DNA of 64,000 nucleotides from the human T2T-CHM13v2.0 reference genome, Homo sapiens. Below, piece by piece: positions 53,521 through 64,000 of the stretch. The stretch's first letter is position 1. Every line of letters starts with the position of its first letter. The position numbers and the translations under genes are program-made. The stretch lies in assembly GCF_009914755.1 (NCBI RefSeq), contig NC_060940.1, one strand, 5' to 3'. The notes beneath the pieces are model-generated. The model was not told the origin of the DNA and did no database searches. It saw nothing but the letters and a program-made list of their open reading frames with translations.

Positions 53521-55262
53521 CAAGTGAGTCAAAGGAGAATAGTTTAAGAAGAAAAGGCATCTTGAAATTACTGGCATGTCAATGGAGAACAGAAATGAAT
53601 ATGGATTTGATATCTTTTGATACTGGAAGCCAGTCCCATATTATCAATGGCAAAGTCATACGTAACTTCTCCTTGCCGATGATCTCAATGGCTTTGTGTG
53701 TGCTTCACTGCAAACTTGCTTCCCCCTCACCAGCTCACCCAGTTGAATCCAGCCTGATTCAGTAACTGACTCCTGTTTGCTGAGCTTTGTGAAATTAGGC
53801 ACTTGGTAAACTGGCATTAGGGTTTTTGCCAAAACAGCCCAAAACACTCTGCGCAAACATTTCCTGAGGCACCTCTTCCCCGCTGGAAGTAATGGGTGGC
53901 TATTTGCAAACTGCTTAGCCGGTCTTACCACTGTCAACCCATCCTCATTAGCTGCAGCCGGAACAAAGGCATCTTCCTGGAAGCCTTTGTTGGTTAAAAA
54001 AATAAAAGTGGTTTTTTTTGGACATGCTTGAACTAACTCCCATTTGTGTGTGCATCAGAAATATGTAATGAATAAAATGAAATATGGAAGATACTGTCAT
54101 AGCACATCCAAATCAAACATTTATTTGCTAAAATAATTATATTAGAAAATAGCTATTGCCTGTAAAATTCTGGAATGAGTGAAAACTCTTTTTATTTTGT
54201 TTCCTTCTAAATGTGCTTATAATTTCGGTTAAGGACATCTTTTCCCAATACTTCTTACTTTACCCACCCAGTTTTGGACAGAATTTTACTAAACTGAGTG
54301 ACTCCTAACACATAACAGTCTTTTTATTTGTCCTTAATAAACCTCAGAGAAGGTTCACCCTCATGTCGGGATTAATTTTGCTATTGATTCATTTTCTTTG
54401 GATCATAAAACAAGTGTACCACATGTTAGATACACTGGAATTACTTTTTTTTTTTTTTAAATTAACTACTCATGGTTAAGCCAAGCAGAGTTATACATAA
54501 AGAGTTAAGAGAGCCACTTAGAATTAAATGATCCTACCTGATAATAAATTTTGCTTTTTGGAATAAAGCAATTTTCTCTTCGTTGCTGTCTTACTAATAC
54601 AATACCGTGTCTGCAATAATAATTCTATTTCAGATATCCGAAGCTCTCCCACTTCTTTAGCTCTCTAATTTCTTACATGATGCCCCTGGTTTTACAAGTA
54701 TTTTTAATAGACTGATGTTCCAGATTCTTCTATACAGTCAAATCCTTTCATAGTCAGAGACTTGTTTTTCCACAGGAATTTAATTCCCTCTGCAGAATTG
54801 TAACATGGGTTGGACTGATCTGGTTTACATTTTCTGACATGTTTTCCCTCCCCTGAAGATTAACTTAACTATCACTTGGCTCCTTCTCAATTCTTTTCAT
54901 CTCATTTTCACTTAAAAAATATTCTGATTTTATTCAGTAGGGTATCTTGCACTGTTTTCTGAAGATAGGGATTTTAGCTCTGGGAACATGGTTTCATGCT
55001 GCCAAGTGTTTCTCCCTTGAATTCCAGATGATGCCTAGATTGTTTGAAATTATCACAATGTGTCCAAAATTTACAAAAAAAAAAAAATTCAGCTTAGTGA
55101 GCTGAATATCTCTATTAAGTTACTTGGTTAGTCAATTTCATAAAATTTTGTCCAAAAGAATCCACTCTGTCAGCCATTTATCATTAAGTACATAATGCAT
55201 TGCATTGGGTAAGAACATTTAAAAATATATTTTAAAAATCTACTCAGAATGCACTTAACCCC

Positions 55263-55928
<666 letters not shown>

Positions 55929-57089
55929 ACTCCCCTCTTTAGATAATTAAATCTCCCTAATTTCTTAGAAGTTAGCTTAAAAATCTCTTCAGAGATACCC
56001 TCCCTGGCTGTTCCCCGCTCCCTCCCTCCCTTCCTCCCTTCCTCTCTTCTTTCCTCCTTCATGGAGCTAATTTACAACTTGCAATTGCTTTTTTTGTTGT
56101 TGTTTGGTCTGTCTTTGCCACTATTTTATATTCCTTGAGTCTGTAACATAATGGTCATAATGCTCACTGCACGCAGCCCAGTGCCTGATGCAAAGCAGGT
56201 GCTTAATAAATGTATGGTAAATTAATTTTAAAATACAGGTCCCAGAGGGGTTAATTTTTCTCCTCAATTCTCTGGCCTGGCCTCCTACATTAACTGAATT
56301 AGCCCGTTACCAGCATGATCTCATTATTTTATTTTGAATCTGAGTTGAATTATGACTGCTATGTTGTTGCCATTTTAGAAGACATTGTTCTCACCTCTTT
56401 AGCCAGATTTGTCCACAAATATTCCCTTTCAGGAGAAGGACTCCACCAATCCAGGGATTCTGGGTCCCTCCTGCCTTGTGTTCTGGCTCTTGTGCATGGC
56501 ACTTTGAACAAATATTTCTCAGGACTGTGTTATCCTTGCAAAGGAGGCCATCCAAACAAAAGAGGACTTCTGGTGAAATTCCCTATTGTGATTTTCATGC
56601 CTACGCTTTTAAGGCAATCTGCAGAGAGCAAGAAGGTCAAACTGACCTCTCCGCAACTCAGCTGTCTCCAATTCCCAAAGAGACTGCGGAGAGGTCATCT
56701 CACCTTTTTGGCACTTGGCTCTTTAATTGCCAGAATGAGAGGATTTGATGAAATAAACTCTATGGTTGCTCTTGCTCTAGCATTTTGCAATGACTTCCAT
56801 TATATGGAGGGACTACATTTCTTTCCCAGGTAAGAATCAGTCCTTGTTCTGGTGCTTGGGGAAGGCTCTACTTCTGAGCAGGGGGAGCAGTGAAAGCGCA
56901 TAATTCAATGGTGATGAGCACCAGGTCTGAGGCTCCTGAACACTTCCTGTCTATTTATAGAGAATCTGGGATTCTATCCAGCAGGCCTGCCAATTGCATC
57001 CACCAAATAATAAATTCGTTTGAGAAATCCGTTACGCATTGATTCCATGAGCTTCGGTTTCCAGCTTGCTAGCGTGGCCTGGCTTTACT

Positions 57090-57200
57090 AGGGGGATCAA
57101 CTATCCCAGTTTGCCTGGGACCAAGGGGATGTCCCAGAACTTGGGACTTTCAGTGCTAAAACTGGGACAGTCCCAAGCAGACTGGACAAGTGGTGACTGT
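57090..57200. mobile_element. MER94-like (hAT-Blackjack)
   Basis: ATCCCAGTTTGCCTGGGAC...GGGACTTTCAGTGCTAAAACTGGGACAGTCCC. Confidence 0.7.
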
Positions 57201-57592
57201 ATTTGTCTGTAATAATTCCGATTACAAAAGCAACAGCCATCACCATCAGCATCATTGTAACAGTGAGTTGTTAAGTGCTTAGCACCTGCTACATTTTATT
57301 AGGACTTCACTAATACCACCTGACCTTCAGAGCAACCCTGATGATATTAGATTCCCCCCGTTTCACAGGTGGAAACTGACTCTCAGAAAGGTTAAGTGCT
57401 TATTTCAAAGTTTCTTGGCTAATAAGGAGCATACTTAGGATTCCAAAACTGACCAACCTGAACTTAAACCCTGTGTCAAAATTGGAAATTTGGCCACTGA
57501 TTGCGCATTTGATGACATCAAGGACTCATTGTTAACTGTTTTCTAGGTGTGCAAATGCTGTTATGGTTATTATTTCTTTTTAAGTCTTTATC

Positions 57593-57884
<292 letters not shown>

Positions 57885-58402
57885 TAAGTCTTCATCTTTT
57901 AGGGACATATTTAGGAACATTTACTGATGGGAAAAGAAATCAAACCAATGTCAATAAGTCATATCAGGCTCAAAGCCGTCCCTCAGTGCAATCCCTGGGG
58001 TCACAATAGTGTAGAAAGAGCCAACGCTGGGGGCCTGGGCTGGGTCTTCCCCTGACCAGCCAAGCGATCAGGTATCTATTCTCCGATTTGCCTGGGTTTA
58101 GACGTAATCTTCATCATGATAATTTAAAAAAAATTTTTTTGTAAGAAAAGCCTTGATATTTAAACTTCTGTGTATGTGTGTGTGTGTTTGGTTATCAGTG
58201 GAACCCTTTCTTCAAATGAAATATTCCACAAATGCCTAATTGATAAAACCTTTAAAATGAGTTATTCTGGTGTAAGGGAGAACTAAGAATCCTGCAAATA
58301 GCATCCTTTGGAAACCCACTGGTCTATGCCGTCCCGGCCTGCAGAAACCTAACAATATTAGAAAGAAACATTTGGTCAATGTGATAACTCTGGTTCTGTC
58401 AG

Positions 58403-58736
58403 GCAGGACTGGCAAACTTCTCCTGTCAAGAGCCGAGTTATAAATGTTGTAGGCTTTGTGGGTCGTACGACCCATGTCGCAACTACTTAATTCTGCCCTC
58501 CCAACACGAAAGCAGCCACAGACAAATGTAAAATAATGGGTGTGGCCATGTTCCAATAAAACTTTATTTATTTATAAATAAACTTTATTTATTTATAGAC
58601 ACAAATTGGAATTTCATATACTTTTTGTGTGTCACAAAATATTCTCTTTCCCCTCAAAATGTAAAACGATTCTCAGCTGACAAGTATATAACAACAGGCT
58701 CAATGTGGCCCATGGGCTGTCATTTGCTGATCCCTG
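58403..58736 (-). mobile_element. MER58B (hAT-Charlie)
   Basis: GGCAAACTT...GTTCCAATAAAACTTTATTTA (locally duplicated)...TTTGCTGATCCCTG. Confidence 0.8.
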
Positions 58737-58766
58737 CTATAAAGATTGTCAGGAGCCTGGTTTCGA

Positions 58767-59066
58767 TTTTTTTTCTTTTTTTTCGAGATAGAGTCTCACT
58801 CTGTCACCCAAGCTGGAGTGCAGTAGCGCCATCTCAGCTCACTGCAACCGCAACCTCCTGGGTTCAAGCGATTCTCCTGCCTGAGCCACCAAGGTAGCTG
58901 GGATTATAGGCTCTCGGTACCACGCTTGGCTAATTTTTGTATTTTTAGTAGAGACAGGGTTTCACCATGTTGGCCAGGCTGGCCTTGAACTCCTGACCTC
59001 AGGTGATCCGCCCGCCTCAGGCTCCCAAAGTGCTGGGATTACAGGTGTGAGTCACCGTGCCCGGCC
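58767..59066 (-). mobile_element. Alu (AluS-like)
   Basis: Antisense dimer; TSD TGGTTT(C/T)GATTTTT. Confidence 0.95.
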
Positions 59067-62000
59067 GTGGTTTTGATTTTTGCCCCTGTGAGTTACTATC
59101 TGCACATTTGAGGGAAAGTTATTTAAGTCCTCAAGCCTCAGTTCCCTAATTGTGAAAGGGGTGTAAAAGTAAAATCTACAAGCAGCAGGGATAGATGGGA
59201 ACTCCGTACTTTCCTCTCCATTTTTCTGTGAACGTAAAACTGCTCTAAAACAAAGTCTGTTTAAAAAGAAATTCACGCTTAAATAAAATCCACTTCATGA
59301 GTTTATTGTGCAGATTAAATGAGATAAGACAGTAAAACACCTCAGCACATGGTGGTCACCCTCACCTATAATTACCCGGTCCTCCTGGAAACCAGTGTAC
59401 TGCCCTTCTTGACCTTCAAATAGCTGTGACCTTTGCAAGGCACAGCCCTGACGCAAGGATGCTTAGAACTTGGATCCTGGGCCTGTTTTGGCAGAATGAA
59501 CTGACCTAGAATCAGCATGGATCAGACTCACAAAAGTATGCCTGTTCCCTCAGCCCCCAGCCTCCACCCCACCATCATTGCCTGTTATTGGCTGAGCTCC
59601 CGGGCCTTTTCCCTGGACTAAAGTGTTGTTTGCTTTTCTTCTGCAGCTTTTTCCAGAGATATGAGCAAGGTTCACTTAAATAACCTTATCAGTCTTACCT
59701 TCAACTCCTCCCCTAGGTTCCCCATTTGAGCAGTGTAATTTCTATGTAATCCCTTAGGCAGTTCCTGTGGCCTCCCTTCTCCAATTTTAGTATGTGCTGC
59801 CGAAGCTAGCACGTGGCCTCTCTTTTCTAAGGGCCTCCGGGGCAGGTGTGTGTATGTGCATGCGGGAGGGTGGGGAGTGGTCACATACACATCTGATAAC
59901 GTTTTTCTACTCCTTTCTTCATCTTGGGCTCCACTGAGCTCCCTCCTTTCCTTGCATCTCTTTGTCCTTGACTTTGAAACATGGAACACCTGCTATTTCT
60001 TGGGGGGACATTTCGAGCCTGATCGTCTCTAGCTCCTTCCCGTCTGCGAGGCCTGGGATTTGGGCTATCACACCTCCTGTTCTGAGGCTCGTTTTAGTTA
60101 TTTTGGATTTCTTTGTATTGCAATCACCTAAAGAATCCTAGGGGTTCTTTTCCTTCCTTATTTTCTCCTCCAGCCCCTACCTAAATTAGTTGCTAAAGGG
60201 CTGGCTTTCTGGGTTCTGAATTCTTGCCATGCAGTTGTCCCCAACCACAGTCCCTTCCTGATGTTGCTGGGGCATCTGTGAAATGCCTCAGCAAATCTTT
60301 TTTTGTTTTTTTTTTTATAAAAAACTCTTTATATGTTATTTTTCTTATTGTTTAAAAATAAAATGCGTCATGCACATTTACATTGTAAAAGTAATTCATA
60401 TGCCTCATTAAAAGTGTGTAGAAGCTGAATAAAGAGAAAAATAATCAAGCATATTATTATTCAACATTTTCGAATAATTTTCTACTAAAAATTTTTGACA
60501 TACTCCTGTGGTTAGATCATTCTCTCCCTGCCTCTTTCTCTCTCTACATTTATATATATGTAGTAGTGTATGCTGATAGAGTTATTTAACACGGTAGCAT
60601 CAATATTTTTCTTTGTTATTACTCTCCTAGTGGGCATCTCTCTATGACTTCATATTATTCCATCCAAGGATCCTCTTACATTTTATTTAATCATTTCCAT
60701 TTTATTAAGCATTTGTTTGCAATTTTTACCATTATCAATAATACTCCAAGTAGCATCTTTGTGAATACATGATTTTTATTATATCTTAAATTACTTATTT
60801 ATGGTTGATTGCCTACAGGTGGAATGACTTGAGAAACATCTTAGAGATAGTTATATATTCTTTAAGGAAAAGGTATTGTCAGAGCCTGTGTTACATGATA
60901 TGACTGCTACTATTGACTTTCTGCTTCTTCTAACTGGTCTGGGATCTCGGTTCCTGGATTATTCTCCCAGAGAGAATAATCCTCAAGAAACTCTCCACTC
61001 AGTTTGTCACCTTTACACCAAACCATGCCCTTCCCTTTGCTTTAGTGAACTTGGCTGCAAACTACACCAGATGAACTCTACGCACCAACCTTTTGTTTCA
61101 GAACATAAATACCAGCTCAACCATTGATCATTTTGCCTGACCTTTCTGAGTTCGTCAACTTGTCTCTGATACATAGCAAAGCCTAACTTCTTTGTTTTAA
61201 GAAAAATTCCAAGAGTCGAATCCCCAGGTCAACGTATTCATGAGTGTGTTGCAAAGTAAAGCTGTAATATTTCACTGCTAAAGCCTTCAGGAGAGCAAGC
61301 AATCACTCTGGATCCTTGCCTACCACTGTTCACCGGTGCAGTTTTATGTCTCCTGAAAACGTCTTCTCTCTAAACACACCAAGGGCTAAATTGTCTCCTG
61401 GCTTCTTGTATCCAATCCAATAACTGATGCATATACACCCTCCTCAAATGCACCCTAGCTGACACACACGTTTGACTGACTTCTGAAAAAGCTTTGGTTA
61501 ACTTCAGTCCAGGAATGGTTAGCTTTGCCTTTTCTGTGAAATCACATCCAATGGCTGGCTCGACCTGTCATGGTCCCTCTGTGAGGCCAGTCTATAGTCT
61601 AAGGTTTAGGTGCAGATGAAAATCAGAAGTGACTAAGAAGAGCTCTCTGCTCGTTTTGGGAGACAGCTACCTCCTGTGTCAAGTGACAGGAGTGAAATTT
61701 GCTACCTGCCTTCTTTTCAGAATGAATAAAAACTGGATCCATCTAGAAAATCCATTCGAAACTGATCTCCATGCTTTTATATTTAGGCAGCATTCACCTC
61801 ACAACAATAACACATTTGCTTTACTGCCAGAAGGGGCCTTGGAGCTCATCTTGAGGGCTTGTTGGAGCCCTTAGCTGAGGGGGTCACAGACAACCCCTTC
61901 TAAACTCTTGGTCTGTGGAAAGCATTGTCTTCAACTGTCTGTACAGATTTGGAAGAGAAGCAGACAGTGAGGGAAGACACACCTGCTTGGCCATCAGAGG

Positions 62001-62208
62001 TGGACGCTCAGCTCATCAAGACTGTCACTGATGACCTGGGAGATGGTGGCAATTCCCTTGATTAACTTAAGGCCCAGGTTCCTCATCTGTGAGTGGGGAT
62101 ATTAACAGCTTCCCTACAAACTTGCCTGGAAGAGGAGCAATGTTTGTCAAGTCCTTTTCATGGTACCTGGTGTGAGAAATGATCAACACTGAAAGCTATT
62201 ATTGTTAG

Positions 62209-62564
<356 letters not shown>

Positions 62565-63173
62565 AGCTAGAGAGATGTCTGAATGAATTGCAGTGGCCAT
62601 GAGAGGGATAAATCGAGCAGGTAGATCACTCTCCCCACTGCAACAGCATCCATTTTACCCCCTATATTTTACAGGTAAGGAGAATGAATTTCAGGTGAGT
62701 TAGCGGGTTCGTACCTAATGGCACATTCAGGACTCATACTCAACCTCCTTGATCCATGATTCAGTGTTCTCTCTGCTATCTTGCACTGCCTGCCAAAAAA
62801 TTCAGGTGACCACAGACAAGGACACACCAGGAGCGTACCTGAGTTGACAGTGAGATGACTGATAAGACGTCCCCAGCATGAGGTTTTAACCATGGACATA
62901 GATCTTTGGACTAGCAAAGCCAGGTCTCCCGTTATAAGTGGACCATCCTTTCTGAGTTCCAGACACTGCCTTCCATGTCTGTTCACCGGCACTCAATTGG
63001 TACAACTGTGAGATGCATGATGCTAGGCAACCTGTCTTGCAGAAATTTTGACAGTACACATTTTAAGCCTTAAAAATCTCCCCATTGGTGCTCACGTGAG
63101 TCTAGGCATGGGATCAAATGTCATAGAACTACACGCACACACACACACACACAAACCATAAACAGAAGGGAGG

Positions 63174-63552
<379 letters not shown>

Positions 63553-64000
63553 TCAGTTTCCTGGTCTTGTGTGATTAAATAACGTGTTATCATTGCAGGG
63601 AGCTAAGGTCTTTCTCTACTAGCTTTGCTACTCCTTATAACCCTAAAATTGTTTCAAAATGCAAAAATATTAAAAATGCAAGTCCCCTACTTTGCTCTGT
63701 TCTTCCAGAAAATTATCCTAAGGAAATAAAGATGCATACAGAAAAGGCCATAATGTCTACCATAAGAGGTTTTAAAGTAAATTCTCACCCAGCTGCTTGG
63801 TGGGTGAGGGCAGTGGGTCATGGTGAGTGAGGGTCAGCTTGGCTGGGTGACCTTGTACTGCTTATCTTGCTCAGCCTCAGCCGAGCTACTTAATGTCTCT
63901 GTGCCTTGGGCATCTCATCTAGAAAATGAATGTAATATAATAACATCTATGTCATCCCATATTTGTGTCCAGTCTGTACATGTAATTTGTGTGCAGGATA

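Noticed and set aside
56315-56833. 172-aa ATG ORF ending at a donor-like CAG|GTAAGA
   Set aside because: No homology recognised and no promoter or partner exon evident; the donor-like site alone is insufficient

Overview
Human (or near-identical great-ape) genomic DNA from 16q23. It is identified by the last coding exon (exon 9) of WWOX at 17856-18044 (+), encoding [10 protein letters not shown]...ERLGSQSG*. The window holds the distal ~17.8 kb of WWOX intron 8, exon 9 with its 3' UTR and poly(A) signals (~18.9-19.05 kb), then ~45 kb of repeat-rich sequence towards MAF (about 18 Alus, two L1PA7-like copies, MER/MLT/MIR/L2 relics). No other protein-coding gene and no prokaryotic-type system is supported. 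Three observations stand out. (1) A minus-strand ~10.3 kb candidate terminal exon (strong acceptor at 19176, triple Pumilio motif at 8998-9050, ATTAAA plus GU-rich end at ~8850-8870) fully overlaps WWOX exon 9 in antisense inside an Alu/L1-free island; it is plausibly a distal MAF 3' exon. (2) Exon 9 has a second reading frame open for ~175 codons. (3) Two L1 copies 19.7 kb apart share inactivating mutations, implying local conversion or copying of an already dead element. Repeat family calls and boundaries are by eye against remembered consensus sequences and are approximate.
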